NCBI RefSeq assembly: GCF_009914755.1
Contig: NC_060933.1
DNA from: the human T2T-CHM13v2.0 reference genome, Homo sapiens
Length of the DNA: 64,000 nucleotides
Direction: 5' to 3' (one strand)
This document shows, in pieces, positions 1 to 13,720 of the stretch (positions are counted from its first letter, which is position 1; the number at the start of each line of letters is the position of its first letter). The notes under the pieces were generated by a model, which was not told the DNA's origin, searched no databases, and worked only from the letters and a program-made list of their open reading frames with translations. The position numbers and the translations under genes were made by a program.

Positions 1-870
<870 letters not shown>

Positions 871-1119
871 ACAAAGACGAGAGAAGATGAGGAAGGAGAG
901 GAAAAGAACAGAAACAACACTATGTGGATGTCCACGAATGCCCAAATGTTGCTGGATGGGCCCACGCCTACACTCCTACTTGAGAGGTCCCATGGCCGGG
1001 AAGAAGAGCACTGGCCCAAGAGGAGGAGGGCTTGATTTCTTTTCACCCATTCAGCTTTATCCCTCAAATCACAAAAGCTCTCTCAGTTCTGCTGATGTGA
1101 GTTGGGGAGGAATTGGTGA

Positions 1120-1452
<333 letters not shown>

Positions 1453-1453
1453 G

Positions 1454-1670
1454 CTGCTGCTGCTGCTTCTTCTTCTTCTTCTTCTTCTTCTTCCTCTTCC
1501 TCTTCCTCTTCCTCTTCCTCTTCCTCTTCCTCTTCCTCTTCCTCTTCTTCTTCTTCTTCTTCTTCTTCTTCTTCTTCTTCTTCTTCTTCTTCTTCTTCTT
1601 CTCCCTCTCCCTCTCCCTCTCCCTCTCCCTCTCCCTCTCCCTCTTTCTCCTTCTTCTTCTTCTTCTTTTT
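1454..1670 (+). repeat. Compound microsatellite (CTG)4(CTT)9(CCTCTT)9(CTT)18(CTCCCT)7...
   Basis: Units counted directly; ~200 nt uninterrupted pyrimidine tract from 1466. Confidence 0.97.
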
Positions 1671-1918
1671 ATTTTTATTTTTTTTTTGAGGCGGAATCTC
1701 GCTCTGTTCCCCAGGCTGGAGTGCAGTGGCACGATCTCAGCTCACTGCAACCTCCACCTCCCGGGATCAAGCGATTTCTGGCGGAGTTTTGTATTTTTAG
1801 TAGAGAGGAGGTTTCATCATGTTGGCCAGGCTGGTCTTGAACTCCTGATCTCAAGTGATCCACCCACTTCAGCCTCCTAAAGTGCTAGGATTACAGGCGT
1901 GAGCCACTGTGCCCAGCC
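1671..1918 (-). mobile_element. Alu with internal deletion
   Basis: Reverse Alu lacking part of the right arm near 1780. Confidence 0.92.
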
Positions 1919-2466
1919 TGCTTTGCTTCTTAAAATTAATGTTCAGTTTCTGAAAGCTACAAATTCAAAAACTCAATTCATCCTGAATATTTTAAGTTTG
2001 GCTTACAGTTCTTGTTTTTCTATTTATAAGACCTGCAAATCTTAAGAGTCACCTTTTTAGAGCTTTTGGATACCATAAATTTAGTTCTTTAAATAACTTC
2101 AAACATTTAAAATTGCAATAAGAAGTGGAATACACTCAAATTTCTCCTGCGGCATTTCAGCTGTCTAATGAGAAAACCCTCCTTAGCACTAATTAATCTT
2201 TAAAAATCTAATAATTTAACTTAAATCTTAAGAAATCTAATAATTTAACTTAGAAATGCAATGAGCTCAAAGTCTCTTAAATATGCCAATACCGTGTATA
2301 AACGCACTAAGATTTCCATGTAATATTACAAGATGATTTTGATTAGTTAGTTCCACATTTTATATTGGATTTGTGAGATTCTTCATAATAGGCCAAATTA
2401 TTTAAACATTACAAGACTGTGAAAAATCAAACCTGTCCAGATTCCTTAATACAAAAGGCATATTTT

Positions 2467-2796
<330 letters not shown>

Positions 2797-3079
2797 TTAA
2801 TCATATTTATATTTTATATTTATACTAATCATTTCTAGACTTAAAGCTAAGTCTTCCTAGGTTGTAAAAATGCTTACCTACTGAGGGACGAAAGTACTAT
2901 CCCAATAGTGGATTTTGTGATGGACTAGAGATTGTGGCAGGGGCGTAGTAGGGTCTGGTCAGCCCCCAATGGGCTACAAGGACCTCTCCTTACAGGTATT
3001 GAGTCAAGAACACTGGGCATCAGTGGAGGATGTGCCTGTAGCTCATGTTCCTGGATCCAAGCATGTGCAGTTTCTTTAT

Positions 3080-4030
3080 AAGTAGTTTTTAAATTGTGGA
3101 ACATAACATGTACTCAAAAGTGTATAAAGCAAAAGTACAGCTTAATTATTTTCATCACTAGTTAACAAACATCCTTACAATCACCACCTGGGTCAAGAAA
3201 CAGAGCATTGCCAGAACCCCAGAGGCTTGTCCCTGTCCCTTCCCAGTCACCATGTGGTCCCACCCTCAAATACAATCACTTTCTTATTTTTCCTGTATAC
3301 ATTTACCACCTAAATATGCATCCAAAATACCATTGGCTACTTTTGCTTTTGAAAAACTTTATCTACAATGGAATCCATAGCACATACCCTCTTGAACAGG
3401 CTCCTTTTGCTGCCATGTTTGTGAGACTCATGCTCCTTGTGTGTAGGTGTCACTGTGTAATTGTCATGGCTGTATGGCGTTCTACCCAATGGCTATCCTT
3501 GCATTTTTTAACATCCATTCTCTTCCTGATGGGTATGTCGGCTGATTCCAGTTTGGTGCTATGGTGAGTATTTGGCTGTAAAGATTCCTGGCCATGCTCC
3601 CTGGTACACATGACGGCCATATCCAGGCCCTGATGTGGGACTGGCAGGTTAGAGGACTGTGTGTCTTCTTCTCCAACAGTTGATGCCAAGCCATTTTCCA
3701 GGTTGGTTCCATCAATTCGCATTGTTACTAGCAGTGTATGCAAATCTCCCTCCCACAGTCACCTTTGACACTGGTGCTATCCATCTTTCTAACTTCTGAG
3801 GCTCAGATGAGGGTGCCGCAGTGACTCCTTTGGGTGCTGATTTGCATTTCTCTGGTAAGTGAAAAGTGGAGCACTTTTTGATAAATACCTTGCTCCCCTG
3901 CATGTCATCTTCTGTGAAGTGTCTGTTCACATCTCATACCTTTTTTTATTTAACTGAGCTGCTCTAATTCTTTTATTATTTGCAGGAATTCTTTCAGGTA
4001 TAAGCCTGTGATTTATTTATTTTTGTATAA
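3080..4030 (-). mobile_element. Old L1 (L1M-type) 3' region
   Basis: Reverse-strand L1 ORF2 C-terminal remnant (MNRHFTEDDMQ...KKCST) plus L1 3' UTR-like sequence; boundaries approximate. Confidence 0.7.
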
Positions 4031-4034
4031 GGCA

Positions 4035-4547
4035 TGGTAGGCAGAATAATTCCCTGCCCCCACCACTGCCCCGCCAAAAATGTCCTGCCCTAATACACAC
4101 AAAGTCAGAGCCTGCAAATACCTTCCATGGCAAAAGAGACTTTGCTGATGTGGTTAGGGATAGAGACCTGGACATGGGAGAGGATCCCAGATCATCCAGG
4201 TAGGCCTAGTCTAATCCCATGAGTCTCAGGAGTGGAGACCCTGTCCCATGGGGCTTGGGGGGAGAGGGGACAACGGATGAAGGGTCAGAGAGATGTGGTG
4301 CTGCTGGCTTTGGGGTTGGGGGAAGGAGTCCGGGCCAATGAATGCCAGTGACCCCTGGGGCTGGAAAAGGCAAGGAAGCAGGTTCTCCCCTAGAACCCTG
4401 GAAGGAGCCACCACTGCTGAGTCCTGCCTGCTGGCCCAGTAAGGCCCAGGGACTCCAGATCTACTGAGCCAGGAGGTGGCGAGTTCTTGTTGTTTCAAGC
4501 CACTCCATTTGTGGTGACTGGTTGCGGCAATAGTAGAAAACTAAAGA
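4035..4547 (+). mobile_element. MaLR LTR (MLT1D/E-like)
   Basis: tggtaggcagaataat...ggcaaaagagactttgctgatgtg...tgttgtttcaagccact...gaaaactaa. Confidence 0.75.
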
Positions 4548-5475
4548 TTTGTGTGCCGCACGTTGATTCTGCCCCTCTGGCCTTCCTTTGGTTCCCTTAG
4601 TGTCCTTCGGTAAGTGGGAGCTCTTGATTTGAATGGAGTCACACTTGCCACATTCCCTTTGATGCTTCTTAGGTCGTGGTTGAGAAATCTCCCCTGGCCT
4701 GGGAGCTGGAGAAGCCCCTTCTCCATCATCTCCTAGAAGCCTTGTGCAGCTTTTCCCACTGAGGTCCGCGGTCCCCTCTAGCTGAGGTCTGTGTGTGGGA
4801 GGAAGGCCTCTTCGGAATCTTCTCTGTGCAGGTGGCTGACCAGGCGCTCACTTAGTGAGTGCTAAGTGTTTATCTCTTCCCAGCAGCCAGCCAGCCCAAA
4901 GCATGAACTCTGCCGTGGTGGGAAGCAGAAAAGTTCCTACTAAACTTTCCCCCTTTTTAGTAAGTGTTTTCTGGACCCCAAAGTGACCTTTTTCAAGAAG
5001 TGTGAAGTGTTGTGAGTGAGGCATGGGGGGATGGGGGAGGCTTGGGGGTGGAGGTGAGGATCGCCCTGTGTCAATTACTGGAGGTGGAAAATCCTCGCAA
5101 AAGTCACTCAACCTCCCTGAACATCGGTAGTGCCATCTGCTAAATAAGGGTCCTGACTCTTCCCGACTTACCAAATTCCAGGGAAAGACCTGCCGTGCAA
5201 CAGACACAGGAAAGTGATCAAAACCACTGGTGTTCAAGAAACACACATTGAAACTGGTAAAACTTTTCTGTCCCAAAGTAAACATATTTAGAAACATAAT
5301 TCTCCCTCTGGTGAGGTTGTGGGCATGTGGCGGCTTGACTGAGCTGGGGGCAAAGGGGCAGCTGTGGGCGTCATGGGAGTGTGTCTGGCTGGGGAAATGG
5401 GGTGACTTCCACGACGCAGCGCTTGTGGGTGTGGCCTCCCCACTAGCAGGTGCATGTGGAGGGGTCCTGGCCCGT

Positions 5476-5723
5476 CTAGGCGGGCCGCACCTTCATCTCT
5501 GACACCTTGTAGCTATATTTGTACCCCTTCGCCGCACTCCAGTTGATACCATTGGCATAGCTCTCATGGGGTCCCATGAGGTAGAGACCATTGAGGTTTG
5601 AAGCATGACAGTCGGCGTACCACCAGGCTCCTTGGAACTTCTCAGCACAATTCGAAGAACTCACATCATTGTCTTGGTCTTTGGTGGAGAAGAAGTTGTT
5701 GTTGTGGCCCGTTAGAGAATTAC
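5476..5723 (-). CDS. FCN1: Ficolin-1 exon 9 coding part (C-terminal fibrinogen-like domain with Ca2+/acetyl-binding region)
   Basis: tgagcag|GT AAT TCT; [82 protein letters not shown]; 248 nt; exon lengths sum to 981 nt = 326 aa + stop. Confidence 0.98.
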
Positions 5724-6810
5724 CTGCTCACAGAAAATGTGGGGTTTGCAGATGCTGGAAAAAGCCCTGCCACTGTGAGACCCTCACCACATCCTGCCTC
5801 TGAGCAGAGCCAACCTCACTTTAGCGACGCATGAGCCGAGCTACAGGTGCACAAATGACCCACCCAGGCCTTGGAGGAAGGGGAAGCAGGAGGCAACCTC
5901 TGGCAACCTGGTCTGGAAATCTCTCTCCACAACCTGAGGCCCCTGCTCCAGCAACCACCTGTTTCCTCCAGGGCTCCCGCAAACTGTCAGGCCTCCTGCT
6001 CTCTCCTGGAATGACCTCCCTCCTCCAGCCTGCGCCGCTCCTTCCGGTCTCTCCCCACGTCCCCTGGTGGCCCTTGGTAGGTTCAGGACAGCCCTCACCT
6101 GGGGGCTTCTCCTCTATCTCAAGCCCTGAGCCGGAAGCTCATCCCTGGCTCCTATAGCTGAGAAATGTCACCCCCTGAGCCTCGGTTTTACCACCTGCAA
6201 AATGGGGGTGACCTTCCCTGCCCTGCTGCCTTCCTTGGAGGTCATGCGTGAGATCGTGCCTGTGAAAGGACTGCACAGACTCCAAGGCTGTCATTTCCAA
6301 GGCTCCCCTGGGACTGCCTTGCTCCATGGAGCAGTTAGTTACACAGACTTCCAGCTGCAGCAATTCTCAGTGCCTTTCACGAACGATGTGCACTGGGAAT
6401 TCCCTAAGCAGACGCCCTGTAGGAAATGCCTCCCCAGATCGTGTAGCCAGAGACTCCTTTTGGTAAAGAATGTCCCACAAGGCTGGTGTTCCATGGAGCA
6501 CAGTTTGGGAAACAGCTCCAAGGCACCCATGAGAAAAGGACGACGTCTTCCAGGTTTCAGCAGTGATGCTGGTGGGTCGTCTCAGCCCTGCCCAGGCAGC
6601 TCACTGTGCGGCAGACATAGCCTTAGGAATACCAGCCGCTATGTCCTGTGAGCCCCACGCTGTACAGAGACACAAATGCTAGTGTCTGCTTCATAGATGG
6701 AGAAATGGGATTCAGAGAGAGGAGGGCCCAAGGTCACCAGGGGAGACAGAGCCAGGTTCTCTCTGCTTTCCAAGCCCCACTCAGGCCACCAGCCCCAAGC
6801 AGACACTCAC

Positions 6811-6945
6811 CCGCACTGCCCCCGACAAAGGCTCCCAGTACCAGCTTGTACTTCTCTGCCTCGTCAGCCACCTTGAATGATTTGTACTTAGCAAACTGGT
6901 GGTTGCCCTCAAAGTCCACCAGGTCTACACGGAGCTCGCTGCTTC
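6811..6945 (-). CDS. FCN1: Ficolin-1 exon 8 (fibrinogen-like domain)
   Basis: ttccaacag|GA AGC AGC; [45 protein letters not shown]; donor CGG|GTGAGT; 135 nt. Confidence 0.98.
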
Positions 6946-6980
6946 CTGTTGGAAAAAGATTTTAAGGCCCCAGCCTTTAA

Positions 6981-7328
<348 letters not shown>

Positions 7329-8086
7329 TGGGGATGGATATATTCTTAAGGGATGTCTGAACGTGGCATCCAGGAAAAAAATCAACCGGAAATGTCAGAA
7401 AATCCCTTGTTGCTATCAGGCCCTCAGGGATGGCTTTCTGTTTCTAAACACCTTTCCCGTTATTTCAGAGAACTGAACATGCCCCACTGGAGTTCACTGG
7501 GTGGAAGGGAGCATTCTTTCATTTTGAAAGTGTACCTTCTCCTTCTAAGGGTTGGTGAGCCACTAACACAGCAGTGGGCGAAGCTCTAATTGTAGTTTCT
7601 TTTGCAGGAATTTGAGGCACCTGAGTGGATTCCTTCAATCATGCCACAGGGCAGTGGGCAGGGATAATGGACCAGCAATTATACAGACTGCCTCAGGACC
7701 AGCTGTGAAACTCATCCCCTGCCCCAGAGGGTTGGGGGGAGGCCCTCTCACTCAGGTGAGTGCGGCTGTGGGGGGCCTGCTGAGGCGTGGGCTGGAGGAG
7801 GCGAGCGTGGGCTCTCCATGGGACTAAGATGCCAGCTTCAGAGGCAGATCAACAGCTGGAGATGGGGGAAGGCTACCCCAAGCCCCAGTGGTCTCTCTCC
7901 TGCTTCCCACTCTCAGGATCTAAGATGCCAGTAGGACCAAGACCTGAAGAGGCCTTCAGCCCAGGGCTCTAACCGTTTCCCTTCCCGATGTTGCCAGAGC
8001 CTGCGGCAGGGGACGCAGCCCTTAGAGGTCCCAGTGCCACCTGAGTGTGCTCAGGGCCCAATCCCCTGTGGGCCAAGAGGTGCTTA

Positions 8087-8317
<231 letters not shown>

Positions 8318-8693
8318 TTAGGCGGGGCAGGCCGAGGTCCCACAGCACCGGGGACCCGCCCTCCAGAGGAGCAGCATTTGTAGTTGGCAGAGCATCACAG
8401 GCCGGTGCCACACGCACGCCCATCTGGTCTCCTCACAGACTCCACAGGATGAAAGAGGAAATGCGGTCTCAGAGAAGAGAGGCAACAAGCCCCAAGCCAC
8501 ACAGCAGGAGAGCACCGGTCCCCTCCCAGCCTCCCCGATGGCCTGGACTTTTACCCACGGGTCACTTCCCCCATCATCTATGATTGTCCCCATCCAGGGG
8601 AATAGAGAATTCCAGAGTGTGTTCTACAACCAGGTGTGCAGCCTGGCCTCCGGGACTCCCAGGCTGACCGCCTCTGCCCAGCCCCACACTCAC

Positions 8694-8821
8694 GGTCCAG
8701 CCCCCTCCGTCCGTGTCCATGTCACAGAGCACAGTCAGGGGCCGGCAGTCGGGCAGGTAGATGGTGTGCCAGCCGCTCAGGAAATACCCCCGGTCTAGCA
8801 GGTCCTTGCAGTTGCGTGGGC
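8694..8821 (-). CDS. FCN1: Ficolin-1 exon 6 (start of fibrinogen-like domain)
   Basis: ttcccag|GC CCA CGC; [43 protein letters not shown]; donor ACC|GTGAGT; 128 nt. Confidence 0.98.
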
Positions 8822-9258
8822 CTGGGAAGGGAACCCGGGGAATGGCTGCAGGACGGGGGCCCTGGGCAGGACAGGGGCAGTGGGAGGGAGGCCCAGGAGG
8901 GAGGAGGAGGGCCACAGGCTTCTGTGCGGACCGAGCAGGACTCCGAGGCCTGGACAGGGACACGGCCCCCAGGGCCACGCAGCTGTGATGCCCACACCCA
9001 GTCTGCCGACCCTCCCACCTCCCAGTGTCTGCCCCACCTTTGCCTCCTGGGCACCCGGCCTTCTAGGGTAGATAATAGTAGAGCCCAGGTTGTCATGGAA
9101 GGGATTCAGGTGATAGCTGCCCATTACTCGAGTGATTGAGGGGGGGATGATAGGTGCAGACAGGGTTCTGTCCTTAGATTCCGTAGCGTGAACGTGTGCA
9201 GCTGGCCCCAGGGGTGGGGGCAAGGCTTGGGTACCGAGGTCAGGGTGTGATCAGTCAC

Positions 9259-9291
9259 CTGTCGCACACGACTGAGACTGCCCAGCGTCTC
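9259..9291 (-). CDS. FCN1: Ficolin-1 exon 5 (neck/linker)
   Basis: cacacag|GA GAC GCT; GDAGQSQSCAT; donor CAG|GTGACT; 33 nt. Confidence 0.95.
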
Positions 9292-10062
9292 CTGTGTGGG
9301 GAGAGGAGACACTTGTCATAAGCTTGAAATCAGAGCCTTTGTCCTGGTCAGCCCCAGTGGCTCCCTGAGCACAGAATAGAGAATGGGCAAAGGCAGCTCC
9401 TCTGATGTCTCCAGGACACGTGGCACAGGCCTAGGGAAGGATGGCCAGACTCGACTTCCCCAGAGGCACCAGCCACATGGTTGTCCATAGGCCCCTGCTG
9501 TGCAGCTTGAGCTTGGTGGGCTGTGGCAGGCGCTGCGGGTCCTGCTGGACGAACTGGACCCCTAGTGGGGCCTTCGCCACTGATAACAGCGGAATAACTC
9601 TTCAAGCCTGGCAGGGTCACTCCAAGCCTGCCCTGCCTCCGCCCTGGCCTCTGTTTCTTGGGACTCAGGTATCGGCGGACCCTCAGCCCCCGGCTCCGGT
9701 TTTCATTTGTGTTTGTGGGTGGAGCGTGGTACAGTGTATTAGAGTCTTGCACATTTGGCTTTTTTAAACTTTTACAATTTTTGCATAAATGAGCATAAGT
9801 AAGACAGAAATTGAAATATTGAAGTGTCACCATCTATGCACTGATGTGGTCCTGCTGGCCACTGGGAGTGACTGCTGTAGACACCAGGGTTTGAGCCCTC
9901 GTGGATTCTGACAACAAAGCCCGCTGGACTCCTTCCACCCCTCCCTGCCCACAGCCTGGATTGACAGGGACGTGGGCGGTGGGCAGGCGGACTGAGGCCT
10001 CTGAGACCCCTCCCCTGGACAAAGCCTGCAGAGACAACTGCCTGGGCCCACGGGTGGCTCAC

Positions 10063-10098
10063 CTTTCTCTCCACGCATCCCCTTCTCTCCTCGGTCTC
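10063..10098 (-). CDS. FCN1: Ficolin-1 exon 4 (Gly-X-Y)
   Basis: cctccag|GA GAC CGA; GDRGEKGMRGEK; donor AAG|GTGAGC; 36 nt. Confidence 0.97.
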
Positions 10099-10433
10099 CT
10101 GGAGGAAGAGGCAGGATAATGAGCTTTTGACCCCAGATGTGTGGGCCACGGAAAGGCTGGTCCAGAGTGGGCTCCCGGCCTGGACACTGCATCTCCCCAG
10201 CCCTGCAGGCTCACTAAGGCATCACAACGCCCAGGTCTCAATGGTGGGGAGGGGCCCCGAGGCCTGGAATATCCCAGGGTCCCTGTCCGCCTGCCACTGT
10301 CTTTCTCTCTCTGTTGCCGTGTCTCTCTGTGTCTGTGTCTGTGTCTCTGTCTCTGTCTCTCCCTCCCTCATTTCATTACAGACAGCTCCAAGGTCCCTGC
10401 TCAAGGCCTCCTCGCTGTCTGTCCCCTGGTTAC

Positions 10434-10487
10434 CTTTGGGCCCCACTGGTCCTGCCTTTCCAGGGGCTCCAGGGAGACCGCGTTCTC
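10434..10487 (-). CDS. FCN1: Ficolin-1 exon 3 (Gly-X-Y; includes the PGKAGP MASP-binding-type motif)
   Basis: ttttcag|GA GAA CGC; GERGLPGAPGKAGPVGPK; donor AAG|GTAACC; 54 nt. Confidence 0.98.
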
Positions 10488-12025
10488 CTGAAAATTCCAA
10501 AGACATATCACTGAGAAAAATGCAACCTAAACAATTCTCCCTGGAAATCTTTGCCCCAAGTGGTTAAGTCCTGACCCTCCCCCACTCTGCCTTGAACCCC
10601 TTCTGGTTCCAGGAGCTCTCAGAATTGCTAGCCATGGATTTAGCCTGGGGGTGACTGCAGATGGAGGTGAGGGATTGAGGGAGGGGCCTGCACCCCACCT
10701 TGGGCTCAAGGCAAGGTGCACCTTGCTCCTGTTTGTGCCTTGGGAGCAACCTGGGTTTCACACTCTGTTGACCATAAGCCTGGACCCAAGTCACCCACAC
10801 AGAGCTCTACTGCCTAGCAAGGGACCAGGTTCTGGAACAAAGAATGCGTCCTCAGAGAGCCTCATCCTACCACGTCCCCACACGGAGAGGGTGGGCGCCA
10901 CGTGCAGCCGCTGCTGCCAGGGAGGATCCGGTTCCACCGTGCGCCTGAGCTCCTGGGGTGTCACACAGCGCTCCACGTGGTTCTGGCCAGAAAGGTGACC
11001 CTCCCGTCCCCGATGCCAGCCAAGAGGCAGCCCCCAGCCCGCTCGCTGACCCCAGTGGCTGGGGAGAGTGTATGGGGGCTGGTTCTTGCTTTAGGGTATA
11101 TTAGCCAGCCATGCCCACTGGTAGAAGCCTGGTTCAAGGGAAGTCTGAGCCAGACTTGATTCTTCTCCTGCCAGGGAAGGTCTTCCTCCCCAGTGTTCCC
11201 TCAGCAGGGGATCGGGACCGCACTCTCAGGTCCAGCCTGCGGAGTGGGCACAGAGGACCTGGCCCCGGACACCCACACGGAAGCCTAGACACGTCAGTGA
11301 AAGTCCAAGTCATAGGGACATTTGAGCTTGTCCCATCTACACTGGGACATCCCCACCAAGTGCTCCGCAGGCATCATCTTGAATGCGTCCAGGCATGGGG
11401 AGCTCACCCCCTAAGGCAGCGCCCTTTCTGAGTTTTTGTGCACGTCTGCCTTATGCCATGCTTAGGGGGACCCAAAACCACCCAAGGCAGGTGCCTGCTG
11501 TTCATTCTCCCATGTTCCCTGCAAATCCACATGCAGAGCTCAGGGCTCAGGATTCGGGTGCCCTCTGTGCCCTGAAGTAGACCAGTCCAAGTCCCAGCCC
11601 CACTCCTTACTGGTTTGTCAAGTAGGAAAGCCTGTGACCTCTTTGAGTCTCAGTTTTCCCATATGAGGCAGGTGCAGAAGAAAGCGGTCACCTCAATTTT
11701 CAGGTGAGAAGGTGGAGGGACACAGAGCTTAGAAGTCGTGCCAGTAGCTGAGCAAAGCTGGTATTGGATCAAGGACTAGGAGACAGAGCTACAGAAGCAT
11801 GTCCAAATGTGAGCTCATGAAATAGTTAGGAAAGACCCTCCCTCCATTTCAGAACCCTGTTGGGCCCTGGGAGTCAGCTCTGTTCCTGGCTCTAGCAGGG
11901 GCCTGACCCAGGCTCTTGATCTAGGAACCACGGTGGGGGTGTTGCCCAACTCTGCATCCAGTTTCATAAAGAGCAAGAGCCAGTGCCCCTGCCATGCCTG
12001 GCCTCCCCACCCGGCCCGCACCTAC

Positions 12026-12139
12026 CTCTCTCTCCAATGACACCTGCCTCTCCCTTTGGCCCTGGGGCCCCGGGCAGCCCCGGGCAGCCTCGGAGAATGG
12101 TGAGCTTGTCAGAGCCCTCCAGGCCCACCACCTTCACCT
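12026..12139 (-). CDS. FCN1: Ficolin-1 exon 2 (N-terminal region and start of collagen-like domain)
   Basis: tttctctgcag|AG GTG AAG; [38 protein letters not shown]; donor G|GTAGGT; 114 nt. Confidence 0.98.
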
Positions 12140-12929
12140 CTGCAGAGAAACACAGGTGCCCACTCAGTGCCTGGCCCAACAGTGGCTGGGAAGTGAGGTT
12201 TTCTGCTCTGCTGGGGCCTTGGTCTGTCCTCACCCCTCAGGCACTGGTGAGGCGGAGATGTGATGGGGGGCAGAGCTCTGGCTTTGGAGGCCACCCCGAC
12301 CTAGGGGAGCCCCATCTCCTCAGTGCTGTGTGTCCTGCAGCAAGTAACTTAACTCCTCTGAGCTTTGTGCCCTGGGCTGCCAAGCGGGGATAATAACAAG
12401 GTTGCGGCCAGGATTTGGTTAAAGAATGTGCATTTTAAATCTCTTATTGTAATTTATGGCATTTAGAAAGAGCTTAATAAACAGCGGGCACTTTCAATAA
12501 CTAATGACAATCAATATTTCTAAGAAACTTGGGGAATTGGGGCTGACAAAGCATTTTCCCTCCCAGACCTTGGGAATGTGGTTGTAGAATTACTGGGCTG
12601 GAAGGGGCTTTCTAGGTCCTCTGGAGAGGGGCAGTGTGGGGTCCAAGGACACAGAGCCAGGTGTGGCACAGCTGCAGCCAAACCAAAGTTGTTTACTTCT
12701 TTGAAAAAATATTTTTCATTTTGTTCATTACAAAATCTACACGCCCTGCTAAGGGCGCTCTTAGAGACCATGGAACGGAGCAGTGCTCTCACCGGAGACA
12801 TGGCACTGCCATTTTTGGGGTATTTCCTTTCTGTGTTTCCAGTCCTCCTTCCACTAGAGCAGGCTGTAATTTACTATTTATGTTTCCTTCATAAATATGT
12901 TATCAGCCAGGGGCACCAGGCCGTCCTTA

Positions 12930-13110
12930 GGAGCAGTCTCTTGCTGAGCGTCACAGAACCACCTGCTCCTGAATCAGTGAGGGAAACACCTTACCACCGT
13001 TCAAACCCTTGTCCCTATCAACTGATTCCGACTCTCTTGGAGGAGAGCCAGAAATCTGCCTTTTTAACAAACCCCCCAAGTCCGTGTGGCAGCCACCGTA
13101 TTAGAGGGTC
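12930..13110. mobile_element. MER5A-like DNA transposon remnant in FCN1 intron 1
   Basis: agaaatctgcctttttaacaaaccccccaag resembles the MER5A core; boundaries approximate. Confidence 0.5.
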
Positions 13111-13446
13111 TTAGAGTGCCTCCCTGGTAAGCCCGTAAGAAGATAAAGTCAACAGTATTTTCTTCCTTCTCAGTGACAGATTCCAGACCCACCTATGAAG
13201 CTCCAATGGGCAAATCCTGGGCTTTCGAGGCAGACAGACCTGGTGACATCCCTCCCCTATCCCTCCATGACCCTGGGCAATGCCTCAGCTGCCCTGAGCC
13301 TCCATGTCCTTGCCTGAGGATAAAACAGATCTGTTGGGCATCTTCACAGGAAGATGTGCATAAAAGGTTTTGCCTGGGACACCCGAGTGTCAGTGAGTGG
13401 GGTTGTTACCAGCTTTTAGGGACCAGAAAACCCAGGTCTGTCTCAC

Positions 13447-13549
13447 CTGGACATGTGTCCGCAGCCTGGGCAGGCAGGTTCTTGATATGCAGGAACAAGA
13501 CTAGCAGGACAGCGAGCCCCCGGGCCATGGTGGCTCCACTCAGCTCCAT
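13447..13549 (-). CDS. FCN1: Ficolin-1 exon 1 coding part (signal peptide and N-terminal Cys region)
   Basis: Minus strand ATG GAG CTG AGT... translates MELSGATMARGLAVLLVLFLHIKNLPAQAADTCP; ends CCAG|GTGAGA; 103 nt, phase 1. Confidence 0.98.
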
Positions 13550-13720
13550 GCTCTCTGGCCTTTGACTCTGAAGAGTCCCCCAGCTCTAACAGGGCAGAGG
13601 AAACCAGCTCTCGCCTTGTGCCACAGTTTCTCAACTCCCTGGGGGACACCCACTTCCTATGGGCTGCTTAGTTGCACCAACAGGAGGTATGAGGTCATCT
13701 CAAAGGATGTTTCCTTCCAC
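13550..13720 (-). promoter_or_regulatory. FCN1: FCN1 5'UTR and proximal promoter with myeloid-type motifs
   Basis: Immediately upstream of the ATG. ETS/PU.1-like AGGAAGTG (rc of 13651-13658) and GAGGAA (13597-13602); C/EBP-like TTTCTCAA (13627-13634) and TTGCACCA (13672-13679); CRE-like ATGAGGTCAT (13689-13698); no clear TATA box. Confidence 0.6.
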
